This document shows, in pieces, positions 10,459 to 20,230 of a DNA stretch of 64,000 bases. The notes below the pieces were generated by a model. The model was not told where the DNA came from. It searched no databases and worked only from the letters and a program-made list of their open reading frames with translations. A program made the position numbers and the translations under genes. Source of the stretch: Euglena gracilis (Eukaryota). Location: the NCBI GenBank assembly GCA_039621445.1, contig CP154954.1:42091572-42155571 (forward strand). The letters are read 5' to 3'. Positions within the stretch are counted from its first letter, which is position 1, and the number at the start of each line of letters is the position of its first letter.

Positions 10459-11522
10459 TTTTTCTCCATGGAATTTATATTCCCAATTAGATTATTTTCT
10501 GGGTGCTGGGTGGGGGGTGTTGGACATTGCACCCCTGGTGCCCTGGGGGTTGAGCATTCTCTAAAGGAGGCTGGGGGGGTGTGCATGCTCTGCTCACAGA
10601 CTCTCTGATCCTCCACTTTGTCATTGGTGTTGTCGATTGACATACCATAGGGGCCCCTTTTTGGGTCTCCCCCTTGATTTGGTTTGCCCCTTCCATGGGC
10701 ATTGACAAGGAATGTTGAGGGGGGGTTGCCCCCTTGTCCTCCACTGCCCCTTTGAGGGCATCCTCCTGGGGCTGCCAATGTACATTGAAACCGCCTGCTG
10801 GGGGACAGCCTTTTAGCTTCTGGGGTTCTGCCCCTTCTGATAATTGATGGCCCCAGTGGCCTTGAAATTGTTGATGCTGTTGATGATAATTCTGGCCCCA
10901 ATGGCCTTCTTGTTGTAGTCCCCATTGACTTCTCTTTGATTCTGGGCGCCATGCCCATTGAAAATCTTGGGGGGCCTCTGGGGGCCAATCCTTTTCCCCT
11001 GACAGGGTTTGTGATGAAGAAATGATTGGGGAGGTGTTGTGGACCTTCCCTGCCCCTGCCACTGGGCATCTGTCTGTGGAATCGGCCACCCTGGCCTTGG
11101 TATTGTTGGCCACCCTGGCCTTTGTTCCATCGGCCACCATGGCCATTGCTGTTGTGGCCGCCATGGCCCAGCTTGCTGTTTTGGCCGCCATGGCCTGTGC
11201 GGTTTTGGCTGCCATAGCCCCGCTTGGATGCATTGTGTGTTGTGTAATGTTGGCCCCAATGGCCCTGGCTCCAATGGCCGTAGTGGCCTGCTGGTTGTTG
11301 CTTCTGCCCCTTTCGGGGCCTTCTGACCACTGTCTGCCAGGGTCCGTGGCCATCACTTTGGGGGGTTTGGGTTCTGGAAATTTCTGTGGGGGAATTTTCT
11401 TTTGGGGAAGGGGCAGCCACGGTCCGCCACAGTTGATCCGCGTCGTCAGGTTGTCCAGCTGCTGCTGCTGCTCCCTCTTGAAGTTCTCCAGCGCTGTGCT
11501 TCTTTGAAGTTGCATCTTTCAT
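8514..11522 (-). CDS. DIRS pol ORF: reverse transcriptase, RNase H, DNA N6-adenine methyltransferase-like domain
   Basis: RT: KWRMISDCR, IDLKDAYFH, FGLNVMP, YLDD. RNase H: SDSSTHAWG, HINVKEL, VDNQ, LADPISR. MT: DLFAS...YANPPW...VTPYW. Confidence 0.93.
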   Translation of the reverse strand: MKDATSKKHSAGELQEGAAAAAGQPDDADQLWRTVAAPSPKENSPTEISRTQTPQSDGHGPWQTVVRRPRKGQKQQPAGHYGHWSQGHWGQHYTTHNASKRGYGSQNRTGHGGQNSKLGHGGHNSNGHGGRWNKGQGGQQYQGQGGRFHRQMPSGRGREGPQHLPNHFFITNPVRGKGLAPRGPPRFSMGMAPRIKEKSMGTTTRRPLGPELSSTASTISRPLGPSIIRRGRTPEAKRLSPSRRFQCTLAAPGGCPQRGSGGQGGNPPSTFLVNAHGRGKPNQGGDPKRGPYGMSIDNTNDKVEDQRVCEQSMHTPPASFRECSTPRAPGVQCPTPPTQHPENNLIGNINSMEKKWGDTPLYQRLQKSLKWWSKNAPPATCQLIKNGIQPPWVNPPKLSTHPKPRANLDLKQAEKILLDYEKTGSIKRVWDSETHHLIPWFLISKPDGGTTKWRMISDCREINQQFQVKPFKLDHIQHIFPVLEKGHWAAKIDLKDAYFHIPVSPGLRPFLRHQVGGQTWEFQTGCFGLNVMPQIFMSVMKTFEKLWRKRGLQVFIYLDDILLVAPTQNILQSHLNRVVKDLLDSGFKINVKKSTLQPTQVVTHLGFQLNFQEGKLQVPPQKVKTIKKELGKIVKKDYMSKRQLAAILGQIRCNLMALPFFRAFTDTLANFLVAKSTAPWDSKHPISQEIKAQLREIKILLDTWGGRPFPQNATRELHSDSSTHAWGGLDIHTGEIVQEFWRKDSILHINVKELSAAINTVKGLSKHGETVSLSVDNQVIYYYLTKGGGRKDPFNKMLRPFFKWCMEHQVNLQVNWVPSKECLADPISRWEMDRGDYSLDPQLFQWLRQQFQNFINLETDLFASPGNKKLPKFVARWPHWEATAVNALQCPLDNMGDLYANPPWSIIQKFLPRLKMFPQTKVLMVTPYWDSATWWPQLIKMKVPGTPCLKITPYSGMFTNCRGEQMPPPRWPLLCMICSGKFWRGSKFRLKPLKISWGETPV
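10487..11515 (-). CDS. Overlapping 5' ORF of copy A (gag-position ORF, function unknown)
   Basis: 342 aa open frame. Its N-terminus (LDNLTTRINCGGPWLPLP...MATDPGRQW) is homologous to the 5' regions of copies B and D. No CCHC knuckle seen. Confidence 0.5.
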   Translation of the reverse strand: MQLQRSTALENFKREQQQQLDNLTTRINCGGPWLPLPQKKIPPQKFPEPKPPKVMATDPGRQWSEGPERGRSNNQQATTAIGARAIGANITQHTMHPSGAMAAKTAQAMAAKTASWAMAATTAMAMVADGTKARVANNTKARVADSTDRCPVAGAGKVHNTSPIISSSQTLSGEKDWPPEAPQDFQWAWRPESKRSQWGLQQEGHWGQNYHQQHQQFQGHWGHQLSEGAEPQKLKGCPPAGGFNVHWQPQEDALKGAVEDKGATPPQHSLSMPMEGANQIKGETQKGAPMVCQSTTPMTKWRIRESVSRACTPPQPPLENAQPPGHQGCNVQHPPPSTQKII

Positions 11523-11980
11523 TGAATTCTTTCGAAAAAGTCAACAACTTTTGATTTGAAGTTCTGCACGAGCGTGACTTTCTGGATAATTTGAATTGAT
11601 TGAATGTCTTCTTCTTTTCTCAATTGCTGCGGTATTTGAAGTTCCTTTCTTCTGGGTGTCGAAGGGCAAATTCGGAATCAGCCAACTCCGGCGAAAAAAG
11701 GCACTAAGCAGGGACTCCTAACCCAACGCACCAAAACAATCCAAACACCGCCGGCGAGCAAGGCATGGCCTCACAAGGGCAAAGTGCGGAGCCCGAGGTG
11801 TCCCTTTCTTCGCCGGAGTTGGCTGATTCCTAATCTTGCCCTTCGACACGGAAGAAGACAGAAACTTTCAAAGAACAGAGTTGGAAGAGATCAAGAAAAT
11901 ACAATATCAATATTCAGAACCTGTAGAACCTGCAGAATATCAAATTCAAGAAATTATTTCAACTTTGACATTGGAAGTCA

Positions 11981-14900
11981 ATGCAGAATGTGGAGAACGA
12001 ATTGGAATTATCAAGTCGACAACCTGGACAAAGTGCAGAACAAGAAGCGCCAGCTGGAGAACTTGGAGATGCGGTTTCAACGTGGCGAACCGTGGCCATC
12101 ACTTCCCCCCCACCACACATCCCAACAGAAAATTTTTTTCAGCAGCAGACAACCACACACAGTGATGGCCATGGACCCTGGCAAACAGTGGGCAAAAAGC
12201 CCAGGCGACAACGGAAGACATTGGGTTCCCAGGGTCAAGACCCATTACATTTCAAATTGGGGTACAAGAAACCTTCAAGATTGGCAGACCCAGCCCAGAG
12301 AGCAAAGGCCCCAGACCAGAGGGCAAATGCCCCCAACCTATCAAGATGGAATAAAGGACAAGGGGGCCAGTACAACATTGGGAAGCCAGCAAATGGCCCA
12401 GTCTGGAGCAGCAGAATGCCCACAGGAAGGGGCAAAAAAGGTCTGTACCGACCAGTTTTTTCACATTCAGCCCACAGCCCCATTCCAGGAGGGAAGGGGG
12501 AGGCCCAGCAACAGGGCTCCCCCAGATTTCAATTGGGCATGGCAAGAAGCCAGAACTTACAGCCCCGGCCATGGCGGCCAGAACAAAGGGGGCTTGGGCC
12601 AAGGTGGCCAATCCAAAGGCTATGGCAGCCATACAAAGGGTGGCCCTCCAGAGGCCCCCCAGAAGCCAAAGGGCAGCCCCCCAGGGGCTTTGTATTTAAC
12701 AAATGCCCAGCCCCAGGAGGAACAGGGGGAAGGGGAAGGACCCCCACCAGTATTTATTCATCAGCCTTCAAATCTCCCAGTGAAATCAAAAGGGGGGGGA
12801 CCCACAGAGGCCCCCCTATGGTATGGCTACCAACGCCATCATCATCAAGGAGGCCTGATAGGCAAAACAGGGGCAGTAAGCCCTATGGTATGCATTCCAA
12901 CAACAAGATCCTCCAAAGAGAGAGTGAGAAGAGAGGAGAGTGCATGCACACCCCCCCAGGAAAACTTTCCTTTTCCAAGGGCTCAAGCCCTAGGGGCCCC
13001 AAGGGTGCAATGTCCAACACCCCCAACCCAGCCCCCCCAAAATCATCTCATTCAAGAAATAAATTCCATGGAGGAGAAATGGGGAGACACCCCCCTGCAT
13101 CAAAGGCTACAAAAAAGCCTAAAATGGTGGAAAAAACATGCCCCCCCAGCAACATGTCGACTCATCAAGGATGGCATTCAGCCCCCCTGGGTTCATCACC
13201 CAAAATTATCCACCCACCCAAAAACCAGAGCAAATTTAGACCTGAAACAGGCAGAAAAAATCCTGCAGGATTACGAAAAGTCTGGATCCGTAAAGAGGGT
13301 GGGGGATTCGAACTCACAACATTTAATCCCCTGGTTTCTAATTTCAAAACCAGAGGGGGAACAGACAAAATGGAGGTTAATAAGCGACTGCAGGGAACTA
13401 AATCAACAGTTCCAGGCAAAACCTTTCAAGCTGGATCACATCCAGCACATTTTTCCAGTTTTGGAAAAAGGCCACTGGCCAGCCAAAATCGACTTGAAGG
13501 ATGCCTATTTTCACATCCCAGCAAGCCAGGCCCTAAGGCCATTTCTAAGGCATCAGGTAGGGGGGCAAACATGGGAGTTTCAAGTAGGATGTTTTGGGCT
13601 AAATGTAATGCCCCAAATTTTCATGTCAGTAATGAAAACATTCGAAAAGCTGTGGAGAAAAAGGGGGATCCAGGTTTTTATTTACCTGGACGACATTTTG
13701 CTGGTGGCCCCAACACAAAACATTTTGCAAAATCACCTGCACACAGTGGTCAGGGATTTAATCAAATCAGGATTCAAAATCAATGTAAAAAAGTCCACCC
13801 TGCAGCCCACCCAAGTGGTAAATCATCTGGGATTTCAACTAAACTTTCAAGAAGGAAAGCTGCAGGTTACCCCCCAGAAGATCAAAACAATAAAAAAGGA
13901 ACTGGGAAAAATTGTGAAAAAAGATTACATGTCAAAAAGGCAATTGGCTGCCATTTTGGGCCAAATAAGGTGCAATCTTATGGCCCTGCCCTTTCTAAGG
14001 GCTTTTACAGATGCCCTGGCAAATTTTTTAGTCACAAACTCTGCAGCCCCCTGGGATTCAAAACATCCAATTTCACAGAAAATCAAGGCCCAATTAAGGG
14101 AAATAAAAATTTTACTGGACACCTGGGGGGGCAGACCCTTCCCCCAAAATGCAACAAGAGAGTTGCACTCAGACAGCAGCACCCATGCCTGGGGGGGGCT
14201 GGACATTCGAACTGGAAAAATTGTCCAGGAATTTTGGAGAGAAAACTCCATTTTACACATCAATGTCAAAGAATTAAGTGCAGCAATAAGCACAGTGAAA
14301 AGTCTCAGCAAGCCAGGAGAAACTGTGTCCCTGTCAGTGGACAATCAAGTCATTTATTATTACTTAACAAAAGGGGGGGGCAAGAAAGATCCATTCAACA
14401 CAATGCTAAGACCATTTTTCAAATGGTGCATGGAGAAAAATGTCAATCTCCAAGTAAACTGGGTCCCCTCAAAAGAATGCCTGGCAGACCCTATAAGCAG
14501 ATGGGAAATGGACAGGGGGGATTACTCACTGGACCCCAAACTTTTTCACTGGCTAAAACAGCAATTCAAAAACTGCATAAATCTGGAAACAGACCTTTTT
14601 GCCTCCCCAGGCAACAGAAAACTGCCACAATTTGTGGCCAGGTGGCCCCACTGGGAGGCCACAGCAGTGGACGCTTTACAATGTCCACTGGACAACATGG
14701 GGGGACTCTATGCAAACCCCCCCTGGTCAGTGATTCAAAAAATTTTCCCCAGATTAAAAAAGTTTCCACAGGCCAAAGTTTTGATGGTCACCCCCTACTG
14801 GGATTCAGCCACATGGTGGCCCCAGTTAATAAAAATGAAAGTGCCAGGGACCCCCTGCCTAAAAATCACCCCCTACAAGGGTATGTTCACCAACTGCAGG

Positions 14901-16138
14901 GTGGAAAAAATGCCACCCCCCAGGTGGCCCCTCCTTTGCATGATTTGCTCAGGCAAATTCTGGAGGGGAAACAAATACAAAATTCAACCATTAAGGATTT
15001 CCTGGGAAGAAACCCCAGTTTGAAAAGGTACCAAAGTGCCTTTACGCTTTTATGGGTGATTCTGGACAAAATGGGGGTGCCCCCCCCTTTAGCCACCACT
15101 GACCAAGTGGCTGACACTTTAATTCAACTTTTTCACTTTTCAAAGGCCCAAGCCCGTAATGCATACAGTGCTATGCTTTTGATCCCTGGCTTTGGTGGCC
15201 TAAGGTTTAATACCTTATTAGCACCTTATAAAAGGCTTTGGAACCAAAATCTGGAGAAGTATGGTGCTTTTTGGGATCCCCTCCCAATCCTCCAGGGGCT
15301 GGCAAGGCAGCCTGTGCCCACTGATATTTGTGCATTGCGCACACAGCTCATTTTCTGTTCACGCATCCTCTGTTTATATCGTTCATCTGATTTGGCACAA
15401 GTCAAAAGAACCACGAGTGTGTTGGGAGGGGCACCTTACATTCTAACCAAACGTAAAGGGCAAAAATTCCACAAGTGGGAAAGAGTGGTCGCAATTCCCC
15501 AATGTCCCCAAATCAGTCCTTTCCATTTAATTATGGCTTACGTGGCCGCGACCCGGTTTAACGTACAGCCTGGGGGTCCCCTTCTGATTTCATTAAAACC
15601 CCCCTATACACCCATAAGTGCTGACACAATTGCTTCTATTACAAGAGAATTTTTGTCCAAACAAGGAGTACCCCCCCAGGTGTGGGGACCCCATTCCACC
15701 AGAGGGGCAGGGGTTGGGTTACTAAAAAAATTGGGCCTTTCAGCCCAAGAAGTTTGTGAAATTGGTCAATGGAAAGGGGTTGAGGCTTTTACAGCCCATT
15801 ATCAAAGACTTGGTGCCCAAGGTGCCTTGGAAAATGCCCTGGCCCCCCTAATTTCAGTGCACAATCTGGCCTCACAATGGCAAAGTGCGGAGCCCGAGGT
15901 GTCTCGTACTCCCTCGAGGCAAACCGACCAGGGAGGAAGGGACACCGAGGGCGAAGCACAAAGACATTGTGAGCCCGACCCCCCCCTCCCATTGAAAAAA
16001 TTTGTCTTCAAACGCCCTCGGTCAGCAAGTGGGGACCAGGGTGGGGAAGAGGGGGGGGGGGACCCCCCCAGGGGAAGAGACAGCTCCATGGTCGCCACGT
16101 CGGAGACAATGCAGCCAACTCCGGCGAGGCGGCACTAA
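11981..16138 (+). CDS. Tyrosine recombinase ORF of DIRS copy B (1385 aa open frame overlapping nearly the whole pol ORF)
   Basis: Motifs LYRSSDL, KRKGQK, HSTR, GQW and AHY. The stop codon lies inside the right ITR. Confidence 0.88.
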   Translation: MQNVENELELSSRQPGQSAEQEAPAGELGDAVSTWRTVAITSPPPHIPTENFFQQQTTTHSDGHGPWQTVGKKPRRQRKTLGSQGQDPLHFKLGYKKPSRLADPAQRAKAPDQRANAPNLSRWNKGQGGQYNIGKPANGPVWSSRMPTGRGKKGLYRPVFSHSAHSPIPGGKGEAQQQGSPRFQLGMARSQNLQPRPWRPEQRGLGPRWPIQRLWQPYKGWPSRGPPEAKGQPPRGFVFNKCPAPGGTGGRGRTPTSIYSSAFKSPSEIKRGGTHRGPPMVWLPTPSSSRRPDRQNRGSKPYGMHSNNKILQRESEKRGECMHTPPGKLSFSKGSSPRGPKGAMSNTPNPAPPKSSHSRNKFHGGEMGRHPPASKATKKPKMVEKTCPPSNMSTHQGWHSAPLGSSPKIIHPPKNQSKFRPETGRKNPAGLRKVWIRKEGGGFELTTFNPLVSNFKTRGGTDKMEVNKRLQGTKSTVPGKTFQAGSHPAHFSSFGKRPLASQNRLEGCLFSHPSKPGPKAISKASGRGANMGVSSRMFWAKCNAPNFHVSNENIRKAVEKKGDPGFYLPGRHFAGGPNTKHFAKSPAHSGQGFNQIRIQNQCKKVHPAAHPSGKSSGISTKLSRRKAAGYPPEDQNNKKGTGKNCEKRLHVKKAIGCHFGPNKVQSYGPALSKGFYRCPGKFFSHKLCSPLGFKTSNFTENQGPIKGNKNFTGHLGGQTLPPKCNKRVALRQQHPCLGGAGHSNWKNCPGILERKLHFTHQCQRIKCSNKHSEKSQQARRNCVPVSGQSSHLLLLNKRGGQERSIQHNAKTIFQMVHGEKCQSPSKLGPLKRMPGRPYKQMGNGQGGLLTGPQTFSLAKTAIQKLHKSGNRPFCLPRQQKTATICGQVAPLGGHSSGRFTMSTGQHGGTLCKPPLVSDSKNFPQIKKVSTGQSFDGHPLLGFSHMVAPVNKNESARDPLPKNHPLQGYVHQLQGGKNATPQVAPPLHDLLRQILEGKQIQNSTIKDFLGRNPSLKRYQSAFTLLWVILDKMGVPPPLATTDQVADTLIQLFHFSKAQARNAYSAMLLIPGFGGLRFNTLLAPYKRLWNQNLEKYGAFWDPLPILQGLARQPVPTDICALRTQLIFCSRILCLYRSSDLAQVKRTTSVLGGAPYILTKRKGQKFHKWERVVAIPQCPQISPFHLIMAYVAATRFNVQPGGPLLISLKPPYTPISADTIASITREFLSKQGVPPQVWGPHSTRGAGVGLLKKLGLSAQEVCEIGQWKGVEAFTAHYQRLGAQGALENALAPLISVHNLASQWQSAEPEVSRTPSRQTDQGGRDTEGEAQRHCEPDPPLPLKKFVFKRPRSASGDQGGEEGGGDPPRGRDSSMVATSETMQPTPARRH
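11986..15023 (+). CDS. DIRS pol ORF of copy B: RT, RNase H, N6-adenine MTase-like domain
   Basis: Motifs IDLKDAYFH, YLDD, SDSSTHAWG, HINVKEL, LADPISR and DLFAS...YANPPW. The track start at 11784 lies inside copy A, so the start given here is approximate. Confidence 0.92.
15867..15973. other. ICR of DIRS copy B
   Basis: Contains the junction GAGGTGTC|TCGTACTCC and B-specific variants matching B's own termini (CACAATGGC, GGCAAACCGACCAGG). Confidence 0.92.
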
Positions 16139-16467
16139 GGGGAGACGCCTAACCCAGCACAACGAACAATCACACAACACCGCCGGCGAACAAGGCATGG
16201 CCTCACAATGTCTTTGTGCTTCGCCCTCGGTGTCCCTTCCTCCCTGGTCGGTTTGCCTCGAGGGAGTACGAGTTTGGTGGCTTCCGGAATACTGAAGCAA
16301 GAAGGTAATTCGGGTGGAGCCCAAAATTGAAAGATAGTTTTTTTTCCAAAAAATATATCCCCGAATTGGAGGAGGAATTTCCCCCCAAGAAACCACAGCC
16401 CGAATATATAAAAATGTGCACAAGCCTTATGGAGGGGGTGAAAAAAAATCTTTTTTTTTGGATGGGG

Positions 16468-17056
16468 AGGTATATCCGTCGGGCCCAGACTTGTGCTTCG
16501 TCGGGCACCCCCATAGCACCCGATCCGGGGGTAGGGTAAGGTTTTAGGGGGTGCCTGGCCGTAGTAGGCACCCCCTCGACCCAGGCGCCGGGGGCGGGGG
16601 GGGGCCGAGGGCCCGGAAAAGGCCATTTTCAATGAAGACTTCTGTAATCCCCATCCCCTTTGGGGATGGACGTGCTAGAAGAAGGCACCCTAGAGCACCC
16701 GCCCCCGGTTTGTAAGCACAAGCATGCTCGGGCCAGCCATCTTACTCCCGCGGGGAAAATAAACCCGAGCAGGGATCGCACTCTCTCGAGGCTGACCGGG
16801 GGCGAAACGCAAAGGCCTTGCTCGACGGCGGCGCTTTTTGGACTGCGACGCGCTGGGGCAGGCCTCGCCCGAGTCGGCCGACGACGCTGCTCCGACGTTG
16901 CGACGTGACTTCTTGCCCCTATGGCCGGGCGGCCATTAAGTGACAGGACAGCTGTTTTTGAAATTTTCTTAAAACCACCCTCCCTTGTTTTGGACCGGAA
17001 GTGTATTTTTGCCCTTCTCGACGCCGGCCGTACCGATTGGTCGGTGGAAAGGGAAA
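16468..17056 (-). repeat. Chimeric repeat containing a diverged DIRS 3'-end relic; inverted copy at 24895-25494
   Basis: Shares blocks with 24895-25494, e.g. GGCCATTTTCAATGAAGACTTCTGTAATCCCCATCCCC. Includes GACGTGACTTCTTGCCCC, also present at about 7453 in copy A. Confidence 0.8.
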
Positions 17057-17210
17057 TTGGACGTCTTGTGGGGGGGTCCGGGAAATCTGCGGGAAGAACA
17101 TCCAATCCGCTGAAGGGGAGGGTGAGGCGTCCCGTGGTGAGTCCGCTCATCCCGCGAACAATGTGAAGAGTGAGGAGAATTTGTCCCGCCCCTCCTGAGG
17201 TTTGGGGGGT

Positions 17211-17250
<40 letters not shown>

Positions 17251-17438
17251 CGAGAAAAGGAGGGGGGGGGGAGGGCGGGCAGGTCCTTGGATGCGGCCTG
17301 CCGAGGCGGAAGAAATGTGCCTCTTGGCATCCCCACGGGGGGGGGGGATTCAAGGTCTTTCTGAGCGCTAAAAAGGGGGGGAGTGTATGTGTGCGAGGAG
17401 TCGCTATGACCGCACATAGCCCCTGTGCATGCCGAAAG

Positions 17439-17946
17439 TCGTACTCCCTCGAGGCAAGCCGAGAGAGAGAGAGAGCCGAAGCACAAAGACATTGTGAGGG
17501 TTTGGGCTGGGAAATTTCTGGGGTGGGGGTCTGGGGGGGGGGGAAACGGCCACGGTTCGCCGCGTGTCGACCGCATCTCCAAGTTCTCCTGCTTCTGCGG
17601 CAACTGCTCCAGGACGTCTGTGACCATGTAATCCCAATTTCTTCTCCACTGCATTGCTCATTGAAGTCAAAATTGAAAATTGATAATTGAATTCTCAATT
17701 GCTATTCGTCTGGATCGTGTCCTACTGGATATTGAATTGATATTGACTTCTTTTCTCGGTTCTTCTTCGGTCGTGAACTCTTTTCCTTTCTTCTGGGTGT
17801 CGAAGGGCAAGTTAGGAATCAGCCAACTCCGGCGAAAAAAGGCACGAAGCGGGACCTCCTAACCCAGCGCAGCGAACAATCACACAACAAACCCCTGGCG
17901 AGCAAGGCATGGCCTCACAATGGCAAAGTGCGGAACCCGAGGTGTC
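17439..17946 (-). mobile_element. Mini (internally deleted) DIRS, copy D, 508 bp
   Basis: Retains both termini (TCGTACTCCCTCGAGG... and ...CCGAGGTGTC), the left ITR and a 5' ORF remnant (QENLEMRSTRGEPWPFPP). Lacks RT, YR and ICR. Confidence 0.85.
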
Positions 17947-19799
17947 GTGAATGACCGTTTGTTTGCAAGCTTGTGCGAGCCAGTGTGTGACCCTGTGGTT
18001 GGTTAAACTGGCCTATGACCTGGAATGATAGGGGAGAAATATCTTTGCACTTTGGATTTTTCTTCTGGGATGAAAGTTGGGTTCTCACATACGGAATAAT
18101 GGCCAGAGTCATTTTCCAGAGTGTAGGACCTGGGGGACAGGGCGCAGGAAGAGAGGAGGGAATGACGCCAAAGGTAGGGAGTGCCTTGGCATAGGCTCCT
18201 ATCCTAATCTGTGGCCATGCCTAATCAGTAACCTTCCAATAACCCAGCCAGCACATGCATAAGTGTGAAAAGGGCAGTGGGCAGTATTGGGAGGTGGGGG
18301 TTGGTATGGCGCATAGTCTCATTGAGTTGCCCGCGTTCTGCACATTTGTTTTTCATGTTCCACTTTCCACAGTGGGTTTCCCAGTTTCCCAAGTTTTCTC
18401 AAAGATGCAAGTTGTCAAGATTCTTGGACTATGAAACGTCATTGAAAGAATTCCAGCAATTCAATCAAAGACATTGTCAGAATTTGAAACCGCGGTAACA
18501 TTCATTGGCTGAACGGTCACTCGTTAACCTCCATCACCTTTGTTTTGTTGGTTGCGAAGCCAGGTTGTTTTGCCTATTTGTCTGGGTTTTGTTTTTCCAA
18601 CACAGGCCTTGGATTTATCCAGAAACAGGCTGGCAATGTTTCATCCGGGAGGAATGGTGTGGGGTTGGGAAGGAGTCCAGATGGCGGGGAGTTCTTTCCC
18701 CCCCCCCTGTACCTGACAATGGGGTTGGGTAGGAATCAGGGACCTGAGCCCACCCTGGTTTTACCCAGAAATGACCCAGGTATGTTTGGGGATACACAAG
18801 GGGGGTATGCATGAAGCCCGAAGGGATTCGAGTCTATGTTCGGCTCCCCTGAAACTGAGGTGGGGAATAAAGATCCTACGCCGCCGGAGGTCGATCCCGG
18901 GTTCCCCCTCGGGGGGGGGGGGCGGACACGGGGTGGGTGTCCCGCGTTAACAGTCTCGGAATATTCTGTCGTCTTTCTTGCAATCCTCGGATTCCCAATT
19001 TTCTTGATATCCCAATTGTCCCAAAGACGTAAACACAAATCAATGTGGAGACATAACACAAGAGGCAGCAGTCTGCGGGGGGGAAAAGTTTAAATTAGGA
19101 ATACAAAAGTCAGTTCGGCAGTTGGTAAGGTAAGTGGTCAGCCAATAATTCGCACACGCCCCCCATGCCGGAGGACGCGGCGCCACAGGCACAGGACGAA
19201 ACGGCATCACACCACAAAACAAAATGGCTTTACCGTTTTTCAAGCACTGATGAATGGTGTTCAACACGAACTGTCCACAAAAAGGTTCAGAACGACAAAT
19301 GCCAACACAAAGGAAGGTAAAAGAGGTTACTTCCGGTGTTCACCGTGGTCCCTTCGCTTCGTGGTTGGCATGCCATTCAAAAGTAACACAAACCTGGGCG
19401 AAACTCCTCGCATCAATGGCAGGTTTGTGACTGAAAGCCTTCAAAGGTTAGACAACAATCCACCCAAGGCGAGGCGGGTTGGTGTCTCCTGACCAGCACA
19501 TTGTCCAACCGTTCTTTCACCTTTTCTTCTGATTCCTTGGGGGGAACACTCTCCAAAGGAAAACTTGGACTTTCAAAAACTTTCTGGGCTGCTGGTGGAT
19601 TGGCAGATTGTTGTGCATGCTGCTGGGTGGGGAACATAAGGAAGATCTGGGAAATCAACTTGAATTTCATCATCCACTGTGGGGTACTTTCTATTCTCAC
19701 CTCTCAGTTCATCCAAACTCCAATTTCTTGAAACGTTCCTAAGCCAATTGATAATTCTGGGGTCCAAAAGCTCAAAATCCACTTTGAATTGCACTGTGT

Positions 19800-20230
19800 C
19801 CACCACACTCACAAAAGTGTTCCACAGGGGGTAGGGCAGCACCTTTTGCACCTGTCACCCACAAACAATGGAACACAACTTGAAATTTTCACACTGGCCA
19901 CCGTTACCCTTTCCAGCAGGGGGGACCATTGCTGGTCCACCCAGTCTGGGTGTACCAGGACCGTTTTTGTTTCTTCAAGGCACAACTTGGTCACCACTTT
20001 GCTTAGTTGGCTGAAGGGGGGCTTGCCCACAGAAACTTGTAAGCACCAATGTCTCACAACAATTTTGCCCATGAATACCTGTAGGCTGAATTCCATTTCG
20101 TCATGTACAAAGACTGTGTGTGGTTCAGGTGGTTTGCAAAAAGATCAATGCAAATCTGACCCTCAGAAAACTTCAATTCTTCCAAAGCTTTTGACTTCAC
20201 TGGCTTGACCAAGGTGTAGCTTTCTGTCTT
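19800..20230 (-). pseudogene. N6-adenine methyltransferase-like domain relic (frameshifted)
   Basis: ICIDLFANHLNH...NSAYRYSW, then TGGGCAAGCCCCCCTTC (degenerate WANPPF), then SQLSKVVTKL...VLVHPDW...WSPLL. Colinear with the DIRS MT domain in this window. Confidence 0.7.

Larger units (their letters stand above)
7273..11802 (-). mobile_element. DIRS-type tyrosine-recombinase retrotransposon, copy A (full length, 4530 bp)
   Basis: ITRs at 7334-7432 and 11678-11778, ICR at 7564-7670, uninterrupted RT/RH/MT and YR ORFs, no TSD. Confidence 0.95.
7171..16271 (+). mobile_element. DIRS-type tyrosine-recombinase retrotransposon, copy B (7171-7272 + 11803-16271), left ITR split by copy A
   Basis: Starts GACACCTCGG and ends GGGAGTACGA. 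The left ITR segment (7195-7272) is the exact reverse complement of the right ITR segment (16133-16210). ICR at 15867-15973. Carries RT/RH/MT and YR ORFs. No TSD. Confidence 0.93.

Noticed and set aside
11784-11980. ORF-track start of copy B pol
   Set aside because: The GTG start lies within the terminus of inserted copy A, so the extension is an artefact of nesting.
8514-15023. Prokaryotic retron, DGR, restriction-modification or prophage integrase system (RT + MTase + recombinase)
   Set aside because: The domain order, ITR/ICR structure and eukaryotic repeat context are fully explained by DIRS retrotransposons.
17205-17250. Poly-G tract or G-quadruplex element
   Set aside because: G/C runs are ubiquitous in this window and their lengths may be sequencing artefacts.
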